This document shows, one piece after another, positions 18,097 to 28,787 of a stretch of DNA of 47,943 nucleotides. The stretch is taken from positions 1-47,943 of the forward strand of contig JAVBMM010000085.1 in NCBI GenBank assembly GCA_031552425.1, read 5' to 3'. Source of the DNA: Bacteroidales bacterium (lineage in GTDB: Bacteria > Bacteroidota > Bacteroidia > Bacteroidales > Azobacteroidaceae). The position numbers and the translations under genes are program-made. Within the stretch, counting starts at the first letter, position 1. The number at the start of each line of letters is the position of its first letter. The notes under the pieces are model-generated. The model searched no databases. It had not been told where the DNA came from and saw only the letters and a list, made by a program, of their open reading frames with translations.

Positions 18097-21000
18097 TTAC
18101 TGTCCGCAGCAGTTTTTGTATTTTTTTCCGCTTCCACAAGGACAGGGATCATTTCTTCCTACTCTTTTTTCCACGCGAATCGGTTCAGTACGGCGTTGTT
18201 GTGGACCTACAGGAGGCATTCCCGGTTGTTGGGGTTGTCCGCTTGCGACATCATCTTTTTGTGTGCGATACTTACTGTAATCTGTTTTAGTTTCAGGAGC
18301 AGCCTGGCGCACGTTTTGAGGATCTCTTACCGGAATTTGTCCACGCATTAGGATAGCGACAGATTTTTTATTCATATCTTCCACCATTCCTTTGAACAGA
18401 TTGAAAGATTCCAATTTGTAGATCAAAAGCGGATCTTTGTTTTCGTAGCTGGCATTTTGCACTGAATGCCGCAAATCATCCATTTCCCTAAGATGTTCTT
18501 TCCATGATTCGTCGATGGTGTGTAGTAAAATGGATTTTTCGAATGTTTGAACAATTTCCTTACAATCTGTTTCGTATGCTTTTTTCAAATCACAAGACAA
18601 GTTGTACACACGTTTTCCATCAGATATAGGAATTAAAATCTTCTCGTATTTATTTCCTTGATTTTCATAAACGTCTTTGATGACTGGTAGGGCGGTTTGC
18701 GCCATCCTGTCCATTTTTCGTTTGAAATTATCTAAAGCTGTATTGAAGACATCTTCTATTAAATCATCTGTTTTAATGGATCTGAATTTTTCTGTATCTA
18801 CAGGAGAATCTATGGCGAAAGTTGTAAACAAATCCATCTTGAACCCTTCAAAATCGTTGTTTTGTATGTGTTGTTCCACGATAGATGCCGAAGTATCATA
18901 CAACATATTAACTACATCCAATCCGATCCGTTCTCCCATTAAGGCGTGTTTACGACGAGAATAAACTACTTCCCGTTGAGAATTCATTACGTCATCGTAT
19001 TCCAGTAAACGTTTCCTGATTCCGAAGTTGTTTTCTTCCACTTTCTTTTGAGCGCGTTCTACTGATTTATTTAACATGCTGTGTTCCAATACTTCGTCAT
19101 CCTTGAAACCCAACTTATCCATCCAACTGGATATTTTATCGGTGGCGAATAAACGCATCAATTCGTCTTCCAAAGAAACGAAAAAGATGGAAGAACCTGG
19201 ATCTCCCTGACGTCCGGAACGTCCTCTTAACTGACGGTCTACGCGGCGCGATTCATGCCTTTCCGTACCAACAATAGCTAATCCTCCGGCTGCTTTCACT
19301 TCAGGAGAAAGTTTAATGTCAGTACCTCGTCCTGCCATGTTGGTGGCAATGGTTACAGCTCCGGTTTGCCCTGCTTGAGCTACAATTTCCGCTTCTTTCT
19401 GGTGTAATTTGGCATTCAGAACGTTGTGCTTAATTTTTCTCATATTAAGCATCCTGCTGAGTAATTCCGAATATTCTACAGAAGTAGTACCAACCAGAAC
19501 AGGACGACCTGCTTCTACAAGTCTTGTAATTTCTTCAATTACTGCATTGTATTTAGCTCGTTGTGTTTTGTAAATATGGTCATTCATGTCTATCCGGGAG
19601 ATTGGACGATTGGTAGGTATCACTACTACATCTAATTTGTAGATATCCCAAAATTCTCCGGCTTCTGTTTCTGCCGTACCAGTCATCCCCGCTAATTTGT
19701 GATACATGCGGAAATAATTTTGTAGTGTGATGGTGGCGAAAGTTTGTGTAGCAGCTTCTACCGTAACACGTTCTTTAGCTTCTATAGCTTGGTGGAGTCC
19801 GTCAGAATAACGCCGTCCTTCCATAATACGTCCGGTTTGCTCATCAACGATTTTTACTTTGTTGTCGATAACAACGTATTCATCATCTTTTTCAAAAAGA
19901 CAGTAAGCTTTTAGTAATTGATTAATGGTGTGAACACGTTCCGATTTAATGGCATAGTTTTGCATTAATTCGTCTTTTTTTGCCTGTTTTTCTTCTGATG
20001 AAAGTTTGCCGTTTTCGAGTTCTGCTAATTGAGCGGCAATATCAGGTAGTACAAAAAATTCCGGATCATCTGAATCTCCGGTTAATAAATCTATTCCTTT
20101 ATCTGTTAAATCGATGGAATTGTTTTTTTCGTCAATCACAAAAAACAAAGGATCGGTGATAATATGCATTTCCTTATTTTGTTGCTGCATATAAAATTCT
20201 TCCGTTTTTAGCATGGCTGATTTGACCCCATGTTCACTAAGGAATTTAATCAACGGTTTGTATTTGGGCATCCCTTTATATGACCGGTATAACAAAACAC
20301 TTCCTTCTTCTTGAACTTTAGGGTCATCAGAAGATATTTTTTGTTTGGCTTCCAATAATAACTTGTTGCATAAGCTTTTTTGTACGTTGACAATATTTTC
20401 CACTTTGGAACGGAATTGTTCAAAAAGTTGGTCTTCTCCTTTTGGAACAGGCCCCGAAATAATTAATGGGGTACGGGCATCGTCAATCAATACCGAGTCA
20501 ACCTCATCCACAATGGCGTAATTATGTTTGCGTTGTACCAAATCGTTGGGACTAACAGCCATGTTGTCACGCAAATAATCGAATCCAAATTCATTGTTAG
20601 TACCGAAAGTGATATCTGCTTCATAAGCCATCCGGCGTTCGTCAGAGTTAGGTTGATGTTTATCTATACAATCTACGGAAAGCCCGTGGAACATGTACAA
20701 AGGTCCCATCCATTCTGAGTCACGTTTAGACAAGTAATCGTTTACAGTTACTATGTGTACTCCGTTTCCTGTAAGTGCATTGAGGAAAACCGGCAAGGTA
20801 GCTACAAGCGTTTTTCCTTCTCCGGTAGCCATTTCTGCGATTTTACCCTTGTGTAATACTGCTCCTCCGAATAATTGAACATCGTAGTGAATCATATCCC
20901 AAGTGATTTCATTTCCTCCGGCTTTCCAGTGATTCAGGTAAATAGCTTTATCTCCTTCAATACTTACAAAATCATGTTTAACAGCTAATTTCCGGTCAAA

Positions 21001-21399
21001 ATCAGTTGCCGTTACAATGATTTGTTCGTTTTCTTTGAATCTTTTTGCTGTATCTTTGACGATGGCAAATGTTTCGGGTAGGACTTCCTCTAAAACTTTC
21101 TCATATTTTTCGAGGATTTCTTTTTCTATATGGTCGATTTCATTCCATATTTTTTCCCGTTGTTCGAGTTCTATACTTTCTATTTCGGCTCTTAGAGAAC
21201 TTACTTTGTTTTTTTCTTCCGCTACATAATCTTGAATCCGTTGCCTGATTTCGTCTGTTTTGGTTCTCAGCTCGTCGTTACTCAGGTCTTTGATTGTTTC
21301 GTATGCCTCGTTGACTTTGGCAATATAAGGTGCAAATTCTTTGGAATCGCGTTGTGCTTTATTGCCGAATAATTTTGATAAAATATCATTGAATCCCAT
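18097..21399 (-). CDS. secA: Preprotein translocase ATPase SecA
   Basis: 1100 aa with the Walker A context [14 protein letters not shown] and the DEAD-like [19 protein letters not shown]. The C-terminal zinc-binding tail is [14 protein letters not shown]. Confidence 0.97.
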   Translation of the reverse strand: MGFNDILSKLFGNKAQRDSKEFAPYIAKVNEAYETIKDLSNDELRTKTDEIRQRIQDYVAEEKNKVSSLRAEIESIELEQREKIWNEIDHIEKEILEKYEKVLEEVLPETFAIVKDTAKRFKENEQIIVTATDFDRKLAVKHDFVSIEGDKAIYLNHWKAGGNEITWDMIHYDVQLFGGAVLHKGKIAEMATGEGKTLVATLPVFLNALTGNGVHIVTVNDYLSKRDSEWMGPLYMFHGLSVDCIDKHQPNSDERRMAYEADITFGTNNEFGFDYLRDNMAVSPNDLVQRKHNYAIVDEVDSVLIDDARTPLIISGPVPKGEDQLFEQFRSKVENIVNVQKSLCNKLLLEAKQKISSDDPKVQEEGSVLLYRSYKGMPKYKPLIKFLSEHGVKSAMLKTEEFYMQQQNKEMHIITDPLFFVIDEKNNSIDLTDKGIDLLTGDSDDPEFFVLPDIAAQLAELENGKLSSEEKQAKKDELMQNYAIKSERVHTINQLLKAYCLFEKDDEYVVIDNKVKIVDEQTGRIMEGRRYSDGLHQAIEAKERVTVEAATQTFATITLQNYFRMYHKLAGMTGTAETEAGEFWDIYKLDVVVIPTNRPISRIDMNDHIYKTQRAKYNAVIEEITRLVEAGRPVLVGTTSVEYSELLSRMLNMRKIKHNVLNAKLHQKEAEIVAQAGQTGAVTIATNMAGRGTDIKLSPEVKAAGGLAIVGTERHESRRVDRQLRGRSGRQGDPGSSIFFVSLEDELMRLFATDKISSWMDKLGFKDDEVLEHSMLNKSVERAQKKVEENNFGIRKRLLEYDDVMNSQREVVYSRRKHALMGERIGLDVVNMLYDTSASIVEQHIQNNDFEGFKMDLFTTFAIDSPVDTEKFRSIKTDDLIEDVFNTALDNFKRKMDRMAQTALPVIKDVYENQGNKYEKILIPISDGKRVYNLSCDLKKAYETDCKEIVQTFEKSILLHTIDESWKEHLREMDDLRHSVQNASYENKDPLLIYKLESFNLFKGMVEDMNKKSVAILMRGQIPVRDPQNVRQAAPETKTDYSKYRTQKDDVASGQPQQPGMPPVGPQQRRTEPIRVEKRVGRNDPCPCGSGKKYKNCCGQ

Positions 21400-21452
21400 G
21401 TCTTCTTAATTACTTAATTATTTATGTTATAAAAAACTTCTCACTTCAAACT

Positions 21453-23063
21453 TCATGGAAGAATAAATTCTTCCAATGGAAGTTCTTTGGCCGCATTGGG
21501 AGGCCTGATTCTTAATACATGTGTGATTGTTGGGGCTATTTGAGTAGCTTTTACCGGACTGCTGATGATTTGGGGTTTTACATTATGTCCGAAAAAAATA
21601 AGGGGAGAAATGATCGGATTGCTTCTTAGTTGTTTGTTTTGAGAAGAATCTTGTTCATTTGATAATATCCAGCCCGGTTGGAGTTCTAAAATAATATCTC
21701 CAGTGATAGATTTATATGATCCATTTCTGAAACGAGCTACATTTTCATTCCAGTTTCCGTATAGAGTTTCAGTTAATGTGGCAACATCCTGTACTCCACT
21801 GAATTGAATGGTAAATTCAGCTGCTTTTCGTTGTATTTCTCCCAGAGGAATTTGCTTGTCTTCTATCAATTTATGATTGAGGAATATTTGATTTTGATAG
21901 AATCCTAATACCCAATTCCCTTGTCCATAAACTGACATTAAGTACATATTAAGCAAAGCGGTGCATCTTTCCGGATAAAATTTTCCGGCAGGAGGTAACA
22001 CATCCTTATTGATTTCTCCTTGTTCAAAATAACCTGTTGAGGATATATATACCAGGGTATTTTTTAATCCCACATGTTTTTCGGCCAAAGACAATAATTC
22101 TTCTATTTCTTTATCCAAGCGATAATATGTATCCTGTATTTCGTAAGAAAATTCTTTGTTGGTAGCGTCTTTATAATTTCCTGCATAATATGTCAGCAAT
22201 AGCATGCTTGGGTACGTCCTTGTACCGAAGTCAGCGTATTGGAAAAAACGTCCAGCTAATTTTGTAACCTCTTTGTTAACTAACGGGCTGGTTTTGAATT
22301 GCAGGTATTTATCTTTGGAGAAAAATGTATAATGAAAAGTATTAATTCCTTGTGTATATGGAAAAGCGCCATATGTATTTGATGCCGGTTGCCAAGAGGA
22401 TTGATCTATGGTATATGCGAGAGATTCGGTTGAATTATATCTTTCTACATACCAGGGAATGTCTTTATAATAGGTAGAAGTTGCCCATTTTCCATTGTAA
22501 TTTTCAATCCAGAAAGCAGCATTTGCAGCATGTCCTCCGGAAATAATGGCTTGTTCGGCTTCCGGTGCTATTGCAAAAACTAAGCTTCTTCCTCCGGATG
22601 CAACTTTGAGTTCATCGGCAATTGTAGAACTCATCAAGTTTTTAGGAGAAAAGGTTTCAGAAGTATAATTTCCCAGAAATTCGGGATCATATAAAATAGA
22701 GACTTCCCGCTGTTTGTCCCAATCAAATTTTTTATTTCCCGTAATACCGTGATAATATGGATTAGTCCCGGTGAAAATTGTTGCGAATGAAGATGCAGAT
22801 GATATTTCCGGATAATCATATTTCACTTGCCGGTATACCGCTCCTTCATTTAATAAGCGTTTAAAACCTTTATTTCCAAATGATTGCAAACAATATTGTA
22901 GATAATCCCCTCGTAATTGATCAATTGTGATGCCGATAATCAGTTTGGGAGCTTGTATTTGCTCTTGTGTTTGTGCTTGCGGAGAGGTAATACTCAATAC
23001 TGACAACAAAGAAGCCGCCAGCTTTTTCCAGGAAATTTTTATTTGATATTTATGTTGTTGCAC
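21453..23063 (-). CDS. Alkaline phosphatase superfamily protein (nucleotide pyrophosphatase/phosphodiesterase-like), secreted
   Basis: The signal-peptide-like N-terminus is KISWKKLAASLLSVLSITSPQAQ. GITIDQLRGDY is a metal-ligand Asp context and FTGTNPYYHGITGN is NPP-like. The only start upstream of the signal peptide is GTG at 23063, which overlaps the upstream gene by 14 nt. Confidence 0.65.
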   Translation of the reverse strand: MQQHKYQIKISWKKLAASLLSVLSITSPQAQTQEQIQAPKLIIGITIDQLRGDYLQYCLQSFGNKGFKRLLNEGAVYRQVKYDYPEISSASSFATIFTGTNPYYHGITGNKKFDWDKQREVSILYDPEFLGNYTSETFSPKNLMSSTIADELKVASGGRSLVFAIAPEAEQAIISGGHAANAAFWIENYNGKWATSTYYKDIPWYVERYNSTESLAYTIDQSSWQPASNTYGAFPYTQGINTFHYTFFSKDKYLQFKTSPLVNKEVTKLAGRFFQYADFGTRTYPSMLLLTYYAGNYKDATNKEFSYEIQDTYYRLDKEIEELLSLAEKHVGLKNTLVYISSTGYFEQGEINKDVLPPAGKFYPERCTALLNMYLMSVYGQGNWVLGFYQNQIFLNHKLIEDKQIPLGEIQRKAAEFTIQFSGVQDVATLTETLYGNWNENVARFRNGSYKSITGDIILELQPGWILSNEQDSSQNKQLRSNPIISPLIFFGHNVKPQIISSPVKATQIAPTITHVLRIRPPNAAKELPLEEFILP

Positions 23064-24270
23064 GTTTCTTTAGTTCGCTTAAAATATTGAATCCCGACCT
23101 GATCCAAATACAGGAAGCCATAATGATAGCCGCTCCGGGAATATCTTGCGGTAAAATGAAGCAAATAGTCATGAATACCGACAAAACTGCAAAGTTAATC
23201 AAATGATACCAATATGTAAACTTTCTGCAAAAATTTATACCAAAAAGAATGGCTCCTATCAAATGCAAGGGATGAAGCCAAATGATATTATAATTCGGAA
23301 AAGTACAGGGATGTGTGGAAATAAAACAAATGAATGATACAATACATCCTGCAATACCGGCCACAGAAAAAAGTATAATATCAATTCCCTTGTATAACCT
23401 GTTTTTTCTGAATCCGTAATAAGTAAAACCGGCAATTATCAGCAATAAAATGATGGAAGCCGTTACAGGAGAAAAAAGAAACATATTCTTTTTCGGTATT
23501 ATCTCTTCACTTTCTTCTAAAATGGTCTTTCTTGATTTTACCAATGGGTATGAAACGGAATCATTTGATATCTTGGCACTATCAAAAGCATTCATTAACT
23601 TTACAGGTAAAAACATTTCCGTACGGGCTCCAATAATACTGTCAGCTCCGCTTCCAATGACCAGATCGATTCCAAATTTGAGCCACGGATAAGGTTGAGT
23701 ACACTGATGCACTAATTTCCTTAAAGTGGTCTTCTCTTTTTGTTCCGGATATTGGATGTGCATTCCGGATATATTTTCTATGATATCTCTTGGACGGGTG
23801 GTGCAGTTGTCAAAGAAATAATTGTACCTGTATTTTCTGTTTTCAGGTAAAGCATTGTTGTTTAGAAAGTCGAAAATTGATTGTTTTTCTTCACCTGAAA
23901 GATTTAGTATTTGTTCTTCAATGCGTGCATTGTCTATTGCATAATCAGATATGAAGTGGTCATAGCGTTGGATTCCTAAAATATAATCTGTTTCTCCTTT
24001 GACAAATTTGTAAATAAAATGAGGTTGGGAGGAATCAAAATATCCGTAATTATATACGGCATCCAAATGTAGAGAATCGCTTTTGATGCGAATGGCAGTA
24101 TGCCCGAAAATGGCGTAAACAGCTTTATCCCGTGGGTAAACCGTTAATAAGCTAACTACAGCATTGTTATCCAAAGGTAATATTTGAGAAAATGGCGTTT
24201 GTGTAAAAATAAAAGAAAGCATGAAGAATATGCCGCATTTCTTTTTTATTGCAGATAGGTATTTTTTCAT
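23050..24270 (-). CDS. lnb: DUF4105 / Lnb-type protein: N-terminal periplasmic domain plus C-terminal polytopic membrane domain. Candidate Bacteroidota lipoprotein N-acyltransferase.
   Basis: Recognised at family level. A signal/anchor (MKKYLSAIKKKCGIFFMLSFIF) precedes a soluble domain (VYAIFGHTAIRI..., YNYFFDNCTTRPRD), followed by about 5 hydrophobic helices. The ATG at 24270 is preferred over the GTG at 24309 because it forms an ATGA overlap with the upstream stop. Confidence 0.6.
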   Translation of the reverse strand: MKKYLSAIKKKCGIFFMLSFIFTQTPFSQILPLDNNAVVSLLTVYPRDKAVYAIFGHTAIRIKSDSLHLDAVYNYGYFDSSQPHFIYKFVKGETDYILGIQRYDHFISDYAIDNARIEEQILNLSGEEKQSIFDFLNNNALPENRKYRYNYFFDNCTTRPRDIIENISGMHIQYPEQKEKTTLRKLVHQCTQPYPWLKFGIDLVIGSGADSIIGARTEMFLPVKLMNAFDSAKISNDSVSYPLVKSRKTILEESEEIIPKKNMFLFSPVTASIILLLIIAGFTYYGFRKNRLYKGIDIILFSVAGIAGCIVSFICFISTHPCTFPNYNIIWLHPLHLIGAILFGINFCRKFTYWYHLINFAVLSVFMTICFILPQDIPGAAIIMASCIWIRSGFNILSELKKRATT

Positions 24271-24839
24271 ATGGATGGTTTTCTTATTTTTTCTTCCCAG
24301 TACACCCACAAAATGAAGATAATTCCATAATAAAGGTACCTGAAAAGCCCTTCATGTAGGAAGTCAAACCATTCTGCATGATGGCGGGTTAAAAATAATA
24401 TCAAAGATATACGTAATATATTATATACCCAGAGGATAAGTGCTCCTAAAGGGATGTACCATAGTTTTTTTTTCCATGGACCTGGATATAACAGCATAAT
24501 TGATAAAAATATATATAATTGTTTGACTCCTGTGCATCCCCAAATGACGCTTAATTTGATCTTGGCATCCCAAAAATACAATCTTACATCATATAAAAAA
24601 AAGTTATCTGTACCCGGGAATAGAGAACAAAACCTGTAAATTTGTTTTGCCGTCCACTGAGATAAACAATAGAACTGAGAAGTTAAATCAATACCAAAAA
24701 TAGCAATCCTTTGGTCTTTTACATCTGCATCTACCGCCCATTTCCAGAGAAAGTGAGTGGTGAAAAGAATAACAAGGAAATATATAATCCCTTTGTATTG
24801 CTTAAATAAAACGATCAGCCTATCTATATACTTTTTCAT
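24267..24839 (-). CDS. Exosortase/archaeosortase family polytopic membrane protein (minimal, 190 aa)
   Basis: Three family hallmarks occur in the correct order and spacing within hydrophobic segments: Cys motif IWGCTGVKQ, Arg motif YNILRISL and His motif FLHEGLF. Confidence 0.6.
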   Translation of the reverse strand: MKKYIDRLIVLFKQYKGIIYFLVILFTTHFLWKWAVDADVKDQRIAIFGIDLTSQFYCLSQWTAKQIYRFCSLFPGTDNFFLYDVRLYFWDAKIKLSVIWGCTGVKQLYIFLSIMLLYPGPWKKKLWYIPLGALILWVYNILRISLILFLTRHHAEWFDFLHEGLFRYLYYGIIFILWVYWEEKIRKPSI

Positions 24840-24850
24840 TTTTCAAGGCG

Positions 24851-24858
24851 CAAAGTTA
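24851..24858 (-). promoter_or_regulatory. Bacteroidota -7 box TAacTTTG (read on minus strand)
   Basis: The plus strand reads CAAAgtTA. It lies 11 nt upstream of the ATG (24839) of the exosortase-like gene, implying a very short leader. Confidence 0.35.
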
Positions 24859-24881
24859 GTATGTTTTTCAATATTTTACCG

Positions 24882-24889
24882 TACATTTG
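24882..24889 (+). promoter_or_regulatory. Bacteroidota -7 box TAcaTTTG
   Basis: Exact match, 24 nt upstream of the coaX ATG (24913). It is divergent from the box at 24851-24858. Confidence 0.5.
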
Positions 24890-24912
24890 CATCGTTTTTA
24901 CGGAAAAAATAA

Positions 24913-25641
24913 ATGAACATAGTTATAGATCAGGGAAATACATCTTCAAAAGTAGCTTTGTTTGACAAGGATAAATTGATGATATCATTTATTTTTAAGC
25001 CGTTAAAAGAAAGCCACATTACAAAAATACTTCACCAATATTCTCCTCGTTATGGGATTTTGAGTTCTGTGACGGAAATAGATAAATCTATTGTTGCTAT
25101 TTTAGAAGAATATTTGGAAAGGTTTATTGTTTTGGATGAGTTTGTTCCATTGCCTGTGCAGGTAATGTATACTACTCCGGATACTTTAGGTAAAGACAGG
25201 ATTGCTTCTGTTGTAGCAGCTTATGCTGAGCAGCCTGGTAAGAATGTTTTAATTATTGACGCAGGTACAGCTATTACTTATGATTTTTTGGAAGCCGAAG
25301 GTAGATATTTAGGTGGAAATATATCTCCGGGAATGACTACTCGTTTCAAATCGTTAAAAACATTTACCAAACGGTTGCCTTTGTATGATGAATTGGGTGA
25401 TCTTCCGGATATTGGATACAGTACCGAAACAGCTATCCGGTTGGGAGTCGTTAAAGGAATTATTTATGAAATGGATGCTTATATAAACGAATATAAGTTA
25501 AAGTATCCGGGGCTTTTGGTTTTTTTAACAGGAGGACATTCATTTTATTTTGAAACAAAGTTAAAAAATTCCACCTTTGCGGATGTAAATTTGGTATTGA
25601 AAGGATTAAACAGAATATTGAATTATAATGTCAAAAACTAA
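24913..25641 (+). CDS. coaX: Type III pantothenate kinase
   Basis: 242 aa. The N-terminus MNIVIDQGNTSSKVALF and IIDAGTAITYD are typical CoaX ASKHA-fold motifs. Confidence 0.9.
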   Translation: MNIVIDQGNTSSKVALFDKDKLMISFIFKPLKESHITKILHQYSPRYGILSSVTEIDKSIVAILEEYLERFIVLDEFVPLPVQVMYTTPDTLGKDRIASVVAAYAEQPGKNVLIIDAGTAITYDFLEAEGRYLGGNISPGMTTRFKSLKTFTKRLPLYDELGDLPDIGYSTETAIRLGVVKGIIYEMDAYINEYKLKYPGLLVFLTGGHSFYFETKLKNSTFADVNLVLKGLNRILNYNVKN

Positions 25642-26848
25642 GTACATTTTGTTGTTCGTTGCAATCTTGGGATTGCAATTTTCTCTCCAGGCTCAGGGAA
25701 ATAGTACTAATTCTCCCTATTCCCGTTATGGATACGGAATATTAGAAGACCAATCTTCTGCTGCCGGACATGCTATGGGAGGTTTGGGTTATGGCTTGAG
25801 GAAGTCAAATATGATTAATCCGATGAATCCGGCTTCATATTCTGCTGTGGATTCGCTTACATTCCTTTTCGATATGGGAGCGGATTTTCAAATAGTTAAA
25901 ATGAAAGAAGGAGTCAATAAGCAAAAAGATTTTAATGGAAATATTAAAAATATCAACTTATTGTTTCCTTTAGGGAAAGGATTTGCATTCAGCGCCGGAT
26001 TTTTACCGGTTACAAGTGTGGGGTATGAATATGGAGAAATCCAGTCTTATGGACAAAATAGTTATTCTGGAAGCGGTGGTTTCACGGAAGTATATGGAGG
26101 GGTAGCTTATAAATATAGGAGCTTTTCTTTGGGTGTCAATCTGGGCTATTTATTTGGTGATATAGAACATTACACTTATACGCAAACAGCAGCAAGTTAC
26201 AATCCTTACCGAGATTCTATTATAATACGTTCTCATGATTTTGCGTATAATTTTGGTGTACAGCAAATATTTTCTCTTGAAAATAATAAGAAATTGATTT
26301 TAGGTGCTTCTTATAGTCCTAAGCTAAAAATGACCGCTAAAGGAACGGAATCTCAATGGATTGGTGGTCAACAAATAAGAAAATCTGTAACTTCGGATAA
26401 TGAATTCGATATGGCTCAAAAAATTGGAGTTGGAGCCAGTTTGAGCGATGAGAAATTACTTGTCGGAGCAGATTTTTTATGGGAAAATTGGGCAGATGCG
26501 AAAATGAATGGAGTGACAGATACTTTGAATAACCGTATCAGGGTTTCAGCCGGAGCAGAATTTACTCCCAATGCTCGTAACCGTAATTTTTTTAATCGTG
26601 TCAATTACCGGATAGGGGGATATTATTCTAATTCATATATAACAACTGAAGCCGGAGGAAAATATAATGAATTTGGCATCAGTGTGGGGCTTGGATTGCC
26701 GATATATAACAAATCGGTTTTACACCTTTCTTTTGATTATGTGAATGTAAATCCTACCATATCAGGAGGTTTGACTGAAAATTATTTTAAAATAACACTC
26801 AACTATACATTTAATGAAACTTGGTTCAGAAAATGGAAGTTGCATTAA
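25628..26848 (+). CDS. Putative outer-membrane beta-barrel protein of unknown function
   Basis: Signal peptide MSKTKYILLFVAILGLQFSLQAQ. The mature N-terminus is NSTNSPYSRYGYG. The sequence is rich in Gly/Tyr/Ser with alternating hydrophobic strand-like segments throughout. It overlaps coaX by 14 nt and lptC by 35 nt. Confidence 0.45.
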   Translation: MSKTKYILLFVAILGLQFSLQAQGNSTNSPYSRYGYGILEDQSSAAGHAMGGLGYGLRKSNMINPMNPASYSAVDSLTFLFDMGADFQIVKMKEGVNKQKDFNGNIKNINLLFPLGKGFAFSAGFLPVTSVGYEYGEIQSYGQNSYSGSGGFTEVYGGVAYKYRSFSLGVNLGYLFGDIEHYTYTQTAASYNPYRDSIIIRSHDFAYNFGVQQIFSLENNKKLILGASYSPKLKMTAKGTESQWIGGQQIRKSVTSDNEFDMAQKIGVGASLSDEKLLVGADFLWENWADAKMNGVTDTLNNRIRVSAGAEFTPNARNRNFFNRVNYRIGGYYSNSYITTEAGGKYNEFGISVGLGLPIYNKSVLHLSFDYVNVNPTISGGLTENYFKITLNYTFNETWFRKWKLH

Positions 26849-27428
26849 GCATATCTTCAGGTTCAGAAAAACGCTGTTTGTTTGTTCTGTTTTTATTCTT
26901 TTAGCAAGCGCATGTGGAAAAGATAAAACAGAAATGGTGGGGCTTAAGTTCGATCCGGAAACAACTCCGGTAGTTCATACGGAAGGGGTTGCCACTTTGA
27001 TATCAGATTCCGGAATTACCCGTTACCGGATGCAAACTAAGGTTTGGGATGTTTACTCGAAAGCAAAAGAACCTTTCTGGCGTTTTCCGGAAAAGATATA
27101 TATGGAGCGTTTCGATACTCTGTTTAATGTAGAAGGTAGCATAGAAGCTGATACCGCCTATTATTTTATGCGAAAAAAAATCTGGAAATTGATTGGAAAT
27201 GTGAAGGTACTCAATTTGGAAGGTGAAACTTTTGAAACCAGTGAGTTGTATTGGGAGCAAAGAAGAGGAGAATTTTATACAGATAAATTTGTCCGGGTGC
27301 TACGAAAAGATGAAGAAATTACAGGAATAGGATTTCGTTCTAATCAGGAAATGACTGATTTTAGTTTTTATAAATCCGGAGTACTTCTGAATGTGAAAGA
27401 AGATAATTCAAATGATACTATTCCATAA
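26814..27428 (+). CDS. lptC: LPS export system periplasmic protein LptC-like (lipobox-containing)
   Basis: 204 aa with the lipobox-like LLASAC. An OstA/LptC-like beta-jellyroll segment was recognised by eye (ISDSGITRYRMQTKVWDVY...ADTAYYF...GNVKVLN). It sits in an envelope gene cluster. Confidence 0.65.
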   Translation: MKLGSENGSCIKHIFRFRKTLFVCSVFILLASACGKDKTEMVGLKFDPETTPVVHTEGVATLISDSGITRYRMQTKVWDVYSKAKEPFWRFPEKIYMERFDTLFNVEGSIEADTAYYFMRKKIWKLIGNVKVLNLEGETFETSELYWEQRRGEFYTDKFVRVLRKDEEITGIGFRSNQEMTDFSFYKSGVLLNVKEDNSNDTIP

Positions 27429-28688
27429 ATGAATATGTTGTTGATTTGCATATTGCTCAGTTTTCTTTTTTCTGCAATTTTTTATGCTGCGGAAGAAGCT
27501 TTTGAGTCTTTTAGTAAATTGAGATTTGAATTAGATAGAAAACAAAAGAATTTGATTTATTTTATTCTCGGCCGTTTTTATAAACGTCCGGGATTATTTT
27601 TGATGACTCTTCGTTTAGGAAAAATCATCACATTAGTGCTCTTTTTAATGTGCATGATTGAAGTGACAGAAACATCTTTACATTTGTCTCGAGATTCGGA
27701 TATAGGTGTTTTGTTGTTGGAATCTTTGTTCATGTTATTGTTGATCCTATTTGGAATCATGTTTATTCCGCAGTCTATCGGAAAAGCAAATCCTTACTTT
27801 TCTTTAATTATTTTGGCAATACCCTTGTATATCATTTATGTGCTTTTGTTGCCATTTTCTTTGCTTTCCATGTTTATTTTCCGTTTGCTATCATTTGTTT
27901 TTGGCTTGAAAGATGTGCAATTAAATGAGAGAAAAACAGGAAAGGAAGATTTGGATAGTTTTATACAAAGTACTATTGAACAAGCTTCTGAGAATACAGA
28001 ATTGGAAACAGAAGTGAAGATTTTCCAGAACGCATTGGATTTTTCACGTATCCGGTTAAAAGATTGTATGATTCCACGGACGGAAATAGTAGCCTTGGAT
28101 ATTCAGGTTTCAAAACGAGAATTGTTGTCTAAATTTATTGAAACTGGATTGTCCAAAATATTGATATACAGTGAAAATATTGATGATATTACAGGTTATA
28201 TTCATTCAACCGAAATGTTTGCCGGCTCTGATGAATGGAAAGAAAAAATAAAACCGGTTTCAATAGTTCCGGAAACAATGGCAGCAAATAAGCTGATGAA
28301 GGTTTTGATGCAGGAAAAAAGATCTATTGCTGTAGTGGTAGATGAATTTGGAGGAATATCTGGCATTGTTACATTAGAAGATTTGGTAGAAGAGATTTTT
28401 GGAGATTTTGAAGACGAACATGATGTAAATTCGTATGTAGCACAGAAAAAATCTGATACGGAATATATTTTTTCCGGTAGAATGGAAATCGATAAAGTTA
28501 ATGAATTATTTGATTTGGAATTGCCTGAATCAGATAATTATCAGACAGTTGCAGGACTTATATTACATGTTTGTCAAAAGTTTCCACAGCCGAATGAAAT
28601 TATTCATGTTGGAGATTTTTCATTCATTGTCATTAAGAAGACGTCCACCAAAATAGAACTTGTGAGAATGAAAATTGTCAAAAAATAA
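27429..28688 (+). CDS. CNNM (DUF21) / tandem CBS / CorC-HlyC domain membrane protein (hemolysin-family, GldE-like)
   Basis: 419 aa. An N-terminal region of 4 hydrophobic helices is followed by a CBS pair (IMIPRTEIVALD..., ITGYIH) and a C-terminal transporter-associated domain. It starts immediately after the lptC stop. Confidence 0.8.
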   Translation: MNMLLICILLSFLFSAIFYAAEEAFESFSKLRFELDRKQKNLIYFILGRFYKRPGLFLMTLRLGKIITLVLFLMCMIEVTETSLHLSRDSDIGVLLLESLFMLLLILFGIMFIPQSIGKANPYFSLIILAIPLYIIYVLLLPFSLLSMFIFRLLSFVFGLKDVQLNERKTGKEDLDSFIQSTIEQASENTELETEVKIFQNALDFSRIRLKDCMIPRTEIVALDIQVSKRELLSKFIETGLSKILIYSENIDDITGYIHSTEMFAGSDEWKEKIKPVSIVPETMAANKLMKVLMQEKRSIAVVVDEFGGISGIVTLEDLVEEIFGDFEDEHDVNSYVAQKKSDTEYIFSGRMEIDKVNELFDLELPESDNYQTVAGLILHVCQKFPQPNEIIHVGDFSFIVIKKTSTKIELVRMKIVKK

Positions 28689-28787
28689 AAAAAGTGGAAA
28701 AGAAATGATGTTTTGTGCGTATTTCTCAGTATCTTCGTGCGCAAAATTTTGAAAAAAATAATAAAAACAATAAAATACTTAAAATAG

